Part shown: positions 1-16,560 of the stretch, piece by piece
Layout of the letters: every line of letters starts with the position of its first letter
Position numbering within the stretch: position 1 is the stretch's first letter
Source of the DNA: the human T2T-CHM13v2.0 reference genome, Homo sapiens
NCBI RefSeq assembly: GCF_009914755.1
Contig: NC_060926.1
Length of the DNA stretch: 64,000 nucleotides
Direction: 5' to 3' (one strand)
Made by a program: the position numbers and the translations under genes
The notes under the pieces: model-generated
Seen by the model: the letters and a program-made list of their open reading frames with translations, nothing else
Told to the model about the DNA's origin: nothing
Database searches by the model: none

Positions 1-3231
<3,231 letters not shown>

Positions 3232-5071
3232 TTCTATACACCATTAAAGTTCAACCTTTGAGCCAAATCAAAAATGCAATCCCATTTACAGTAGCCACAC
3301 ACATAAAATAAGGTATCTAGAAACTAACCAGGTAGGTGATAGATCTCTACAAGGAGAACTACAAAATACTGCTGAAAGAAATCAGGAGGACACAAACAAA
3401 TGAAAAAAAATTTCATGCTCATGGATTAGAAGAATCAATATCATTAAAATGACCATACTGCCCAAAGCAATCTACAGATTCAACACTATTTCTATCAAAC
3501 TGCCAAGGCCATTTTTCACAGAACTAGAAAAACTATTCTAAAATTCACATGGAAACAAATATAAAAAGCCTGAAGAGTCAAAGCAATCCTATGTGAAAAG
3601 GAAAAACTGGAGGCATCAATTACCCCATTTCAAACTACACTAGAAGGTGACAGTAAACCAAAACACATAGTACCTATATAAAAATAGACACACAGAACAA
3701 TGGAGCAGAATAGAGAACCCAGAAATAAAGCAGCACACCTACAACCAACTCATCTTCGACAAAGTTGACAACAATAAACAATAGGGAAAGACCTTCTTAT
3801 TCAATAAATTGTGCTGAGATAACTGGCTATCCATATGCAGAAGATTGAAACTGGACCCCTACATATCACCATATACAAAAATTAACTCAAAAAGGATTAA
3901 AGACTTAAATGTAAGACCCAAAACTATGAAAATCCTAGAAGAAAACCTAGGAAATACCCTCATGGTCATCAGCCTTGGCAAATAATTTATGACTAAGTCT
4001 CAAAAGCAATTGCAACAAAAACTAAAATTGAGAAGTGGGACTTAAGTAAACTATCTTTAGCTTCTGCACAGAAAAAGAAACTGGCAATGGTGTAAACAGC
4101 TATCTACAGAATGGGAAATAATATTCACAAACCATGCATCTGACAAAGCTCTTATGTCCGGAATCTATAAAGAATTTAAACAATTCAACAGGCAAAAAAA
4201 AACAACTCCATTAAAAAGTGGACAAAGGACATGAACAGATACTTCTCAAAAGAAGACATGAAAACAGTCAGCAAACATATGAAAAAATGCTTATCACTAA
4301 TCATAAAACAAATGCAAATCAAAACCATAATGAGACACTACCTCACATCAGTCAGAATGGCTACCATTAAAAAGTCAAAAAATAACAGATGCTGGTAAGG
4401 CTGGGGAGAAAAGGGAATGCTTATACACTGTTGGTGGAATGTAAATTAGTTCAGCTACTGTGGAAACTAGTTTTGAAATTTCTCAAAGAACTAAAAATAG
4501 AACTACCATTTGAACAAGCAATCTCATTACTGGGTATATAACCAAAGGAATATAAATTGTTCTACTAAAAAGATATGTGCCTTTTTATGTACGTCACAGC
4601 ACTATTCACAATAGCAAAGACATGGAATCATCCTAGGTGCCCATCAACAGTGGACTGGATAAAGGGAATGCGGTACATATACACCATGGAATACTACACA
4701 GTGATAAAAAATAAATAAAATCATGCCTTTTGCAGCAATGTGGATGCAGTTGGAGGCCATTATCCTGACTGAATTAACACAAAAGCAGAAAGCCAGATAC
4801 AGCATGTTCTTGCTTGTAAAAGTGAGCTAAACAGCTAAACATTGAGTATACATGGACGTAAAAATAGGAATCAACACTGCAGACTATCAGAGGGGAGAGT
4901 GGCAGAGGGAACAAGATTTAAACACTACCTATTGGGTACTATGCTTAACTTACAACTTGGGTGACAGGATCAATTGTCCCCCAACCTCAATATCACACAA
5001 TATATTCAGCTAACAAACCTATACTTGTATCCCCTGAATCTAAAATAAAAGTTCAAATTAAAAAAAAAAAT
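3232..5071 (+). mobile_element. 5'-truncated L1PB/late-L1PA element (ORF2 3' half, 3'UTR, poly(A)) nested in the L1M
   Basis: Well-preserved ORF2 C-terminal sequence, and a 3'UTR ending 'gtatcccctgaatctaaaataaaagttc' plus poly(A). TSD agatg(a/g)aatgcttt at 3218-3231 and 5072-5085. Confidence 0.92.
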
Positions 5072-7175
5072 AGATGGAATGCTTTCACAGAAAGATCAGG
5101 AGCAAGATAAGGGTATATACTCTCACCACTTCTATTCAACATTTTACAGAAGGTTGTAGCAAGGGCAATTAAGCAATAAAAAATTTTTTAAAACCTCCAA
5201 ATTGGAAAGGCAGACAGAAAATAATCTCTATTTGTAGATAATGTGATATTATGTATAAAAATCTTAAGGAATCTTGTAAAACTCTATTGGAACTAAATTC
5301 ATTCATCCAGGTTTCAAGGTAAAAGATCAGTACACAAAAATTAATTGCATTTCTGTACACCAGGAATGCATAATCTGAAATAAAATTAAGAATATAACAA
5401 CAGTAACAAAATAAAATAAGGATGTATTTAACAAAAAAAGTGCAAAACTTGTATTCCAAAGCTATAAACATTGTTGATAGAAATTGTATAAGTCCTAAGT
5501 AAATAAAAAGATATACCATGTTCATGCATAGGAAGACTTAATAGTGTCCCAATAGCAACAATCCCCAAATTGATCTACAGATTCAGTGTAATCCCTGACA
5601 AAATCTTGGCTGCTTTTTTATATAAATGGATACGCTGATCCTAAAACTCATGTGGAAATGCAAGAGACCTCTCCTCCACCCAAATAATAATCTTAAAAAA
5701 GAAGACCAAAGTCTGAGGACTCAAATTTATCAGTTTAAAAATTTGCTTTCCAGTAACCAAGATAATGTGTTACTGTCTCAATAGATATATAGACCAATGA
5801 AATAGAATTAAAGGTCCAGAAGTAAATTTTCAAATTTATGGTCAATTGATTTTCTACAAAGCTGCCAAGAAATTCAGTAAGAAAAAGAATAGTCTCAACA
5901 AACGGTGCTGAATACGAACATGCAAAATAATAAAACTGGACTCCTGCATCAGACCACATACAAAAATGAAGTCAAAATGAACCACCGACCCAGAAACAAG
6001 CACTAGTACTATAAAACTCTCAGAAGAAAGCTTATGCATAAATCTTTATGATTTGTGGTAGGCAAAATCTTGTTAGATACAATGCTTGAAGCACAAGTGA
6101 CAAAATCAACAAAAATACATAAATTTAATGTTGCCAATAATAAAATATTTATACTGCAAACAATGCTATCAAGAAAGTTAAAAGAGAATCCACAGAATGA
6201 GAGAAAACATTTGGAAATTATAGACTTGATAAAGTATTTGCATCCAAAAATAAAGAACCCTTAAAACTCAAAGCTAAAAAGACAAGAAAGAGAAGAAAGA
6301 GAAACAATTCATAATTTAAAAATGAGAAAAGGATATGAATAGATATTTCTCCAGAGACCATACACCATGGCCAATAAGCACATAGAAAATGCTCAACATC
6401 ACTGGCAGTTGGGAAAACGCAAAATCAAATCCATAATGGCATACCATTTCACACTCATTAGGACATTAGGATGGCTACTGTCATAAAGACAGACACAAGT
6501 ATTGAAAAGGATGCAGAGAAAATGGAATCCTCATACATTGTCGATGGGAAGCTAAAATGGGGCAATCACTTTGGAAAACAGTTTGGCAGTTCTTCAAATT
6601 GTTAAAAATGGAATTACCATATACCTCAGCAATTCCACTCTCAGATGGGTACTCAAGAGCAATGGCAACATATATTTTACACAAAAAAATTGTATACAGG
6701 TGTTCATAACAGCCTTATTTATAATATTCAATAGTGTAAACAACCCAACAGCCCATCTACTGATAAACAGATAAATCAAATGTGGTATATACAAATATAG
6801 ATGCAATGATATTTGGCAAAACAAAGGAATGAAGTATTGATAAAGGTTACAGCATGAATGAACCTTGAGAACATGATGCTAAGTGAAAGAATTCAGTAAC
6901 AAAAGAACATATTTTGTATGATTCTACATAAACAAAATGTCTAGAATAGGCAAATCCATAGAGACAGAAAATAAATTAGTGGTTTTCTGGTTGGCCAGAA
7001 CAGGAATGGGAAGTGACATCTAATTGATCTGAGGCTTCATTTTGGGGTGATGAAAATATTTGTAAATTGTTTGTGGTGATGGTTGCACCATTCTGTGAAT
7101 ATATTGTAAATCACTGAGTTATGCACTTTAAATGAGTTTGTTGTATGGTATGTGAATAATATCTTAAAGCAGTTG
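5072..7175 (+). mobile_element. Continuation of host L1M (L1MB-like): ORF2 3' half and 3'UTR
   Basis: Resumes with 'ctctcaccacttctattcaacatt' and ends 'gcactttaaatgag...gtatggtatgtgaataatatcttaaagcagtt', typical of L1MB/L1MC 3' ends. Confidence 0.88.
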
Positions 7176-7714
7176 AATTTTTATTCTGTGTATGTCTAAT
7201 AATGCCCTTTAATCCCTGCATAACCATATGTCTTTTGCTGTTTCTTTTTTTATCATTTAACGGAATAAATCTGAATTATAGACTTTCCAATTATCTCTGA
7301 AACCTGTTCTATTTTCTATGCTAGTTGCCATGTTCACATATAATTTTAATGAATATTCTTTTAACTGTTATTTTTTTTCAAGTTATTATAGAAATATCTG
7401 TTTCTTCTCCTACCACATATCATCATGAAAACTCACTGTGTTTTATAATCAACTAGGCAACTGTTCTCACTTTGCAAAATGTTAACTGGATGCTGTATAC
7501 AATGATTTAATAAACAAGCACAATGGATTCTTTCTCTGTGCCTTATTCACCTTCAAAATAATGATCTAAGATGAGGCTAGATTCCCTCATTGTTTTCAGC
7601 AATTTTATCACAGCCCTGAATGTCCCTATGAATTTAGTCTTTTAAAATGCTTTGTATTTAATACTATGTGTAAATATCTTGGGCCCTGCTTTACAGATAA
7701 AGACACTACGGTGT

Positions 7715-8858
7715 TGTATTAACTTAGCACTGCTTCTTCAACAAATCACAAACCTGGTGGCTTAAAATAACAGAAATTTACTGTCTCATGGCTTTGGAGG
7801 CCAAAATTCTGAAATCAAATTGTTGGCAGGGTCTTTCTCTCTCTTATGGCTATAGAGAATAATTCTTCTTTGCCTTTTCCAGCTTCTGGTGGTTCTGTAT
7901 CTGCCCAGCAGGTTCACCCTACCTGCGGCCTAGACAGAGCTGATTTATTAAGACAGGGGAATTGCAATGCTGAAAGAGAAATTCACGCAGAGCCGGCTGT
8001 GTGGGAGACCTCGAGTTTTATTATTACTCAAATCAGTCTCCCAGAGCATTTGGAGATAAGATTATTTAAGGATAATTTGGTGGGTAGGGGCTCCAGAGTG
8101 GGGAGTGCTGATTGGTCAGGTTAGAGATGAAATCTTAGCCAGGTGGAAGTGAGGTTTTCTTTCAGTCTTCCCTTCCTGGGTGGGATCGCAGAACTGGTTG
8201 AGCCAAATCATTGGTCTGAGTGGTGTCAGCTGATCCATGGAGTGCAGAGTCTGCAAAATATGTCAACAAGCACTGATCTTAGGTTTTACAATAGTGATGT
8301 TATCCTCAGAAGCAATTTGAGGAAGTTCATACTCTTGCAGCTGGAGGCTGCATGGCCCCTACACCGTAATTTCTAATCTTATAGCTGATTTGTTAGTCCT
8401 ACAAAGGCAGACGGTCCCCAGGGAAGAAGGAGGTCTTTTCGGGAAAGGATTATTATCAACTTTGTTTCAGAGTCAAACTATAAACTAAATTCCTTCCCAA
8501 GGTCAGTTCGGCCTACTCCCAGGAATGAACAAGTACAGCTTAAAGGTCAGAAGCAAGATGGAGACTTTCTTTCATTGTCATAATTTGCTGTTATATGTTT
8601 TGCAAAGATGGTTACAGTTTTGGCATTCCATGATTTATGGCAACATTAATCTGTCTCCGTGTTCACATGGCTTTCTATTCTGTCTCTCCCTGTCCTTTCT
8701 TCTGATAAAGCTGCCAGTCATTGGACTTAAGGTCCATGCTGGATTATTTTATCGCTAGATGCCTATTTACAACTGTGAAGAACTTATGTCCAAATACAGT
8801 CACATACTGAAGTCCCTGGCAGGCCTGGATTTTGGGGGGCAATCTTTAACTCACTACA
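7715..8858 (-). mobile_element. MLT1 (MaLR) solo LTR, split by LTR8
   Basis: 'cacaaacctggtggcttaaaataacagaaattta' on the left. Resumes at 8617 and ends 'ttaactcactaca'. Confidence 0.8.
7896..8616 (-). mobile_element. LTR8 (ERV1) solo LTR
   Basis: 'cctagacagagctgatttattaagacaggggaattgcaat...ttattattactcaaatcagtctccc' matches LTR8 as recalled. TG...CA termini, with near-TSD gttc/gttt. Confidence 0.88.
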
Positions 8859-8949
8859 GGCATGAAAATGTAAGCAATAGAAATTGCATGTCAGAAATGT
8901 TGGTTTCCATTTAGTGGCTGTGGGATTTGTGGAAAAATATTTAAACGTT

Positions 8950-9112
8950 ATGAATCCTGGTATTCTCACTGGAAATTAAAAATAATAGTTCCTATCTACT
9001 TATGTAATTATTATGTAATTATGTAATAGAATTTTATGTAATTATGAGAAAAAATTATTCATATAAAATGTCTAAGACTCTGACTTGGAAATAGGAAGCA
9101 TTTGATTAATGG
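8950..9112 (+). mobile_element. MIR fragment (core and 3' end)
   Basis: Degenerate core 'ttctcactggaaattaaaaataatagttcctatc' and a 3'-end-like 'taggaagcatttgattaat'. Confidence 0.5.
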
Positions 9113-10051
9113 GGATTTAAAACAATATCTTGTCCAATGTAAAAATTTAAAAATAAGACGTAGATCAGGGTTTTGAATTCAAGGGTCCCTGACTCAAAAA
9201 CTCTTTCCCACCAATTTTATTGCATTAAAATGTTAAGTCCACTAGGGGACTGTTCAGGCAAGATCTTTTTATGTAAAATATGTTTATATGTTTATATTAA
9301 TATTAGTTATGGTTTGTGGTTATTCCCTTTAGGGAAAGTTGCTAATGGCCTCTGACTCAACTTTTGCATAAACAGGGCAAAATGCCTATCATATGTAACC
9401 CATTTGGAGGACTTCCAGAACCACAAACCATGAATGATTTTAAGGAATCTCTTACAAGAAAGCATACATTAAAATGGTGATTACAAATAATGATCAAAAT
9501 AAAAGCACCCTTTAACAAAATAGGACTCTCTATTATCTCTCAGTGTCTCAAGTTAACAAGTTTTAAAAATATATTTGCTCAAATGGTTACAATCCATGCA
9601 ATTGAACTAGATATTAAATTGTAATATTTGAGAATTGAGTTCAACTGATAATTGTTGGGATACTTGCAGTGCTTTAATTAATATAATTATGAATATGTAT
9701 ATTTGTAATTGTGCTAATAAAACCATTTTATAATTTATTTTGCTCCTTTATTCTTATTAATATTCTCATTAAAAATATATTTCTTGTATTTTAATAGTAA
9801 CAGAGACTTTATTGAATATTGTGCCTTTTCACACAGTGAACTATTACATGACTATTAAAATAATTAACTAAATCCACATGAACCAACATGGATAAGACTC
9901 TAATTATCATAAAAAATTAAACAATTTTTTGCAATGTTAAAAATTTGTGTAATGTAAAATATTAGAAAATTTTGTAAAAAATTAGAAAATCAGTGTGGAT
10001 AAATCACTAAATTTTGTAAGCCTTTTATTCTGTCTTCTTTCTTCTTCTCAG

Positions 10052-10175
10052 TCATGCAGTCTTATTTTGAGCAGAAGTTGACCGACAAGCCAAGTCACCA
10101 GCACCACTTACGTTAGACAGGGCTCTCACTATCTCATAGCAACAGGTAGCACAGCACCCAAAAAAAATTAGTGTG
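10052..10175 (+). other. Candidate 124-nt non-coding exon
   Basis: Strong polypyrimidine acceptor 'ttctgtcttctttcttcttctcAG' and donor 'gtg|GTAAGT'. Stops in all three frames. Confidence 0.3.
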
Positions 10176-11889
10176 GTAAGTCTTTACTTCTCTCCTTGCT
10201 TCTATAATTTGCATGTGGGTGCTCACCTGCAGAGTTTCATCTGTGGACATGCGGCTATCTAGCAAAAAAAATTATACTTTGTGGAAAAAGTGAAGGGATA
10301 CTGAGCTAAACAGGAAAGTGAAGAGATATTGCTAATTTTGGACCTGGGAAGTAAAGAAAATATAACCATAACTATAATCTCTAAATAATAATCTCAATCA
10401 ATTTCAATCAAGTGTCATTTCCACACAGAACTAGAGAATAAAGTTTATATTGCTCTAAATCCATTTAGACTTGGAGAATACTGGAAACAAAAACTACTAA
10501 AGAGAGGTAAAGTAGATTATAGAGTCCTCATTAGTTTAAATGTTAAAATAGTAAATTATTAACTATATTAGAAGATACAGAGTCTGCCTTCTATAGAATC
10601 TGGGTGACAAAGCAAATAGATAGCTGGGTATTTTCCCTTCAAAAATCATGTGCAATTGGGAAGCTAACGTTTACTGCTGGAAAGGTCTATCTCAATTATG
10701 ACTTAATGAAAGAAACAACTAAGATTTTTTGTAAATTCTGAATCTTTTGTTAATTTTGTGTGTTAACAAAGAAGAATTTTATCAAATTAAGACTATCTAA
10801 TTTATTTTACACCACTTAGTTAAAAATAATTACGTACATCTTTTTTGGTATATTCATGCTATGCAGAAACAGGTGCCCAAATTATTTCTTTAATTAGATG
10901 CTCAGCTTCGTGTTTGTGTTTATGTGTGTGTGTAGTGTTAGTGTATACACATATATCTTATATACCTGTAATAATGTTAGTTCTAAACTATTTGGGGATG
11001 GCTAATTTAATTTTGTAATTTACTATCTGATTCAAGAGGATAACTCTTGATTTTAAAAAACTTGGTTTGATTAGTAATTTCATTCAAGTTCTAATCTCAT
11101 TGAGTACTTTTATACTGAAAAAAGAAAGTATTACTTAATAATTGAAATAAACCTAAGGACATTTAGAGACTAGTCACAATATCTGATTTAGAAGGTCATT
11201 ACCTTGGATTAATTAATTTGTACATTTTCTATGTCTGCGAAAAGTTAACCTCAATCTAAGTGAGTGGGAAGAAAAATGAGGAAAAGAGTAGAGGTATACG
11301 TTGGTCAACTGGCTCCTTAGGGAAATCTACTGAGCTAATGAAACTGTTGACTAAGTCAGCTCTAGTTTCCTTTAGAATTGCCTTTAAAGATGTTTTCTTG
11401 AACTACTGCCTATCAAACTTAACATTTTGGAAAACCATTTTAAGGTTATTTTCTTTGTATTTTAAAAATTCTTTCCAATGCATTCTTTTGGATCCAGTAA
11501 ATATCCTAACTTTTGTAATACAAAATATGCCTAATAACCCTATGATTTCTAGACTACTATTAGAATAATCATATTTTTCTTTGCATTTTCTTTCTCTGAA
11601 GATTCTTTAAGAACAAACAAACACATAATTTAATAGTTACTTGCATAGATTTTTAACTTTTCACATAGTCAAAGATACGTATTCTGGTAACAAATGAATT
11701 TAAACTTTATATATTATAATTATTCCTGTTTAGGATCAATAAATTATCTTTAAAAGTGACACTTGGATACATGAACCAGTGGCTGATGTATGAGAATTAC
11801 AATGGTACCACCGATAGGGACATTAGGCCAAGAAAATATGGCGGAGGAACTCACCATCTCTGAACATTGATTTACCTGACTCTGATATT

Positions 11890-12310
11890 GTTCTCTGCTT
11901 TCCCGCCATGCCAAATCTCTCAATGTTCCTTAAACATGCCAACTCTTTCCAGTTTCGGGCCTTTTGCATTTCCCTTTCTCACTGCCTGGAATGCTCTTCA
12001 TATGGTCCTATATTCAAATTAGTCAATCACTTCACAGGACAGCCCCCATCAACATGCATATCTCACTTAAAATGCCACTTTCTGGGAGAAGGTTTCCATG
12101 ACCATTTGTCTCTTGTCACTGACTGAAATTATTTATTTATCTGTTTATTGTATGTCTTTCCTCCCTTTTTACCCTTCTTCCCCAATTCAACTAGTACAAT
12201 AAACATAAAGAAAGCAGGGATCCTGCCTTTTATTCACTACTCTAGTTTTAGTTACTAAAATAGTGCTTGGCACATACCAGGAGCTGAATAAAGGTTGTTG
12301 ATTCACTGAG
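11890..12310 (+). mobile_element. L2 (L2a-like) 3' end
   Basis: 'gggccttttgcatt...ctgcctggaatgctctt' and 'agtgcttggcacataccaggagctgaataaaggttgttga'. Confidence 0.8.
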
Positions 12311-12874
12311 CAATTTTTAAAATATAAATATATTATGACAGTAAGTGAACTTAAACGTCACCTTTTTTGCTTACTTAATTTTAAGACATATTTTCTAGTT
12401 TTCTTCTGTATTTTTCTTATACAAAAATGTGAATATAAGCAGAGCCAATAAATGACATTATATACATTCTATTCTACTTTATTTATATTATAGTCATGGA
12501 AACAAAAGACCAGATAGTACACTATATTTTCCTTATAATCCCACCAGCTAAAATTAAATATGAAACTAGAACTTTGCTCTCTGACAGTACTATTGCTTTT
12601 ATAGAACATGCTGAAATCTAGTTAAAATGATAAATGAATATTTCTACCGATTTTGAAAACAGGGAAGTTGAATAGTAATAATGGCATGGGTAATAGATTC
12701 AAAAGAAGTGATTTTCAATGTTTCCTGAATCTTACTAACAGTGAAATCTCAAGATATTTAACTCTTCTGAGATTCAGATGATGTAAATGAAAATCCTAGC
12801 ATTGCTTTGAGCCTGAAATAAGAAAATGTATTCAAAGTGTCTAGTAGAATCCTTGATAATTAATAGACTCTCAA

Positions 12875-13207
12875 TAGTCATGTGTTACATGTCGATGGGG
12901 ATAAGTTCTCAGAAATGCATTGTTAGGCAACTTTGGCATTATGCAAACATCATAGAGTGTACTTACACCAACCTGATGGTAAAGTCAGCTACACACCTAG
13001 GCTATGTGGTACAGCCTGTTGCTCCTAAGCTACAAACCTGTGTGGCATGTTACTGTACTGAACACTGTAGGCAATTGTAACACAATGGTAAGTATTTGTG
13101 TATCTAAACTTAGAAAAGACTCAGTAAAATTATTATTATCTTATGGGACCACTGTCATATATGTGGCCCGTCATTGACCGAAAAGTCATTATGTGACACA
13201 TGCATTA
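12875..13207 (-). mobile_element. Tigger3a/MER7A DNA transposon
   Basis: Terminal 'agtcatg...catg' inverted ends. Internal 'gctacacacctaggctat' and 'tcttatgggaccactgtcatatatgtggcccgtcattgaccgaaa'. Confidence 0.88.
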
Positions 13208-15169
13208 CTCTATATGGTATTTTGCAGTTATCATGTTACCTAGTGAGGTAATTGGTATGGTTTTCATGATGTTAGCTGATTGTCATCAAGAATTGCATCA
13301 TTCTCCTTCCAAATCTCTCCTCTATCATTACAAAACTGGGGACATTACCCATCACTGCCTCAGGTTAAGCCATTTGAATACTCATAGTTACCTCCGTGGC
13401 TTCATTATAGCACCACGAAGTCCTTAAATTAAATAGAAGTAGAAGGTACAAAGATTATTGTTCATTAATTACTTCAATTCTTGTTTATTAGCACATTGTT
13501 TTTGCTTCATTAAATTTCAATCAAAACTACAACTGAAGGGAAGAAAGGTAGTTGTCCCCTTTCTATGAGACCCTGAACAAAGCCTCTTTTGGTTACCCAA
13601 GGAAAGATTAAAAGACTCAGGAGGAAGAATTCTCCCGCTTTAACCAAGAGAAGTTGGCAGCGCTTGCATTGTCAGTTTGTCTTCAGTCTTCTCAACCTTT
13701 AAACCTCCATTAAATGCTGTTAAGCATTGACTAAAACCTAAATCTTTTACCAAGAGTTATGAGAACATCATCACTTGATAAATTCCTTCCTAATTATGCG
13801 ATGCTACTACTGTCTCTTTGTTGGACCTGTAAAATATGTGACTGAAATGGAGTTGAATTAAAATGCAGGAAGGACCAATGCATCCTTTAAGGTGTGATAT
13901 TTAATATGAGCTTCAGAATTTCTGCATGAGGTCACTATTCTTACACTGTACAAAAATACGTAGAGTAAAAATTATTATTATTATTATTTTTCCTCCTAAG
14001 ATCCAGCATATTCGTAACTTTCTTCCTCTTAAATGCCTGCATCTCTTTTTGCACATAAGATGATGTGTACTTCTTATAGTGGGCAACATACATAGTGGTT
14101 ACTAACTGCCACTAGCTGGTAAGGCACTGTTTTTCTGAATTCAAGGCACATGTGGTAAGAGAAGTTTTTAAGGTGGGGAACGAAAGGATCAACCAAGCAT
14201 TGTAAGTAATGATTTAGTGCAATTTACTCAGAAAGTATTTAATAAATAATAGCAGTGGTACAATTTTGCTTTTCGGGTATTTAATGTATGGGCTTTGAAG
14301 GCTGCAGCCACCCCCAAAGCCAAGCAACCAGCTGCTGGGCTGCAGTCAGGAAGCATTCAAAGACCACTGCTTCAATTAGCTCCCCCCTACTTAGAACAGG
14401 TACTTATTGCCAGTAGCGATAAGTTAATCAACTAGTGAGTCGATTAAAGAAGTAATTAAAGTGTAAAACAGCAGGAAAAGGACTTGCTTTTAAAAGATGC
14501 TGTAATACTTAAGGTTAAGTCAAATCAGCTTACTTACAATTGTATCAGGTCTGTCTAAAATAAAATCTTCATGTGGCTCTTCTATCTGGTGAGTTCTGCT
14601 AAATTAGTTGACATAATCATTATGGCTGTTTACTATTTCATATAATCAGTGAAAAACTTAGTCAATTATTTTTAATACTCTATGAAGGCTATTCTGTGTT
14701 ACAAACTAAAGGATGCACAAGGAAAAAATATAGACTTCAAGTGTTCTTTGTTTTAATAATTGTGCCAAAATTATGTGGAATTAATTGTTCATTTAACCAA
14801 CTTTCTTTGTAACACTGTGTAGAAGAATAAATGCACATAAACTATACTTTGACAATATCTATATGCTCTTTGAAATATTTCAATGACTCTTAAGAGTAAT
14901 GTTTATTATATCTCTGAGGCAATTCTTTCGTGTGAACACAACTTTGAAATTATACTGAAAATCAATAGAATTATATGATTTAATAAACGAGTACTCAATT
15001 GGATACAAATTTTTAAATAATATATATTTGTAGTCACATTGCTTGGCACATAGCACATTACCATTTGGAGGCTGGAGAAATTTTTATGTTAGTTCCAAAG
15101 GTGTTTCTAAACCAAGTATAATTAGTTCACATATTAGGGGAATCGCTTTCATTTTCTGTCTTCATTAAT

Positions 15170-15305
15170 TCCTATAAAGAAAGGGGTTATTATTGTTATC
15201 CCATAGTCGGATTAAGAAATCTAGGGTAGAGGGCAGTCACGCACCTTGCTCAAGGTCATAAGATGTTTAATTGGCCTAGCAAGAGTTCATATGCTGATCT
15301 CAAAC
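15170..15305 (-). mobile_element. MIR fragment
   Basis: 'tattattgttatcccat...ccttgctcaaggtcata'. Confidence 0.55.
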
Positions 15306-15724
15306 TACTTGTGTATACAATTAATCACTGAATTTTGCATTAGCAAAAACCTATGTAATGTGAGGACATTTTAACTTTTCGAAATATTGTTAATTCCTTG
15401 TAGAGAAAGATAATTTTAATGAGGCAGGGAATTTACTCATCCCTTTCTAAGTAGAGTAATGAAAGAGGCGTGTTTGAAATTCCTTTACCATCTGATGCTA
15501 TTTTACTAGGCCTAGAGGAATACACTAAGATTTCAGTCTCTTTCCTAGAGATCAATATTATATCTATATTAAACTTGGCTGCAGAAAGTGACCTTCCTCT
15601 TGGCGCTGTCTCTGGCCTTAACTGTACAGTTGCTTCTCTCTGTAAATCACTTTAGTACTTGGGTGATATTTTATACCTAATCACAACATATATGGGAATT
15701 ACTAGACAAATTCCAGTGTGGTCC

Positions 15725-15905
15725 AGAGGGATGGCTCTCAAATTTAGTGTACATCAGAATCATTCAGGTGCTTGTTGAAACAGATTGCTGAGCTCCCTTC
15801 CTGGGTTTCTGAGATGGTATAAGAGGTATAAGAATTTTCATTTCTAGCAAGTTCTCAGGTGATGCTGCTGCTGCTGATCAGAAGAGCATACTTTGAAGAG
15901 CACTG
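15725..15905 (+). mobile_element. MER5A (hAT-Charlie)
   Basis: 'ctctcaaatttagtgtacatcagaatca...catttctagcaagttctcaggtgatgctgctgctgctg...actttgaagagcactg'. Confidence 0.85.
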
Positions 15906-16058
15906 ACGTGGAAGAAAGAGCAGATTTTTTGGAAACGGAATATTTCAGGTTTGAATCCTCTGTTTCCTACCTGAATGTATGTATGATTTGGGTCAAAGTA
16001 CTGTATTTCTATAAATCTCAGTTAATTTAGTTAATTTTCCTATAGAAATCTAAATCTA

Positions 16059-16364
16059 GGCCAGGCGCAGTGGCTCACGCTTGTAATCCCAGCACTTTGA
16101 GGGTCCAAGGTGTGCAGATCACTTGAGGCCAGGAATTTGAGACCAGGAGTTGAAATCACTGGGCAATATAGAAAAACCTCGTCTCTTCCAAAATACAAAA
16201 AAATTACATGGGCATAGTAATGCACACCTGTAATCACAGCTACTCAGGAGGCCAAGGCATGAGAATCGCTTGAACCCAGGAGGCAGAGGTTGCAGTGAGC
16301 AGAGATGGTGCCACTGCACTCCAGCATGGGTGACAGGGAGAGAACGCCTCAAAAGGAAAAAAAA
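16059..16364 (+). mobile_element. Full-length Alu (AluJ/old AluS) inserted in a MIR remnant
   Basis: Both arms and poly(A) present. TSD aaatc(t/g)aaatcta at 16046-16058 and 16365-16377. Confidence 0.95.
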
Positions 16365-16560
16365 AAATCGAAATCTACCTCACAATCATTTTGGGAAATT
16401 TAAATCACTCAATGAATAATGTATGGTATTTCATAGATATTCAGATATTTCTTTTGTAGTGCATCTTTAATGATTTACAAAAATACATTTGTTCTTTCAA
16501 GTATATATACTCTTGGTCCATTAGGTTGTATATAAACTTTGTAAAGTCTGGCATTCGTAT

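Noticed and set aside
13085-13094. Strong donor-like ATG|GTAAGT
   Set aside because: It lies within the Tigger3a sequence and has no matching acceptor evidence.
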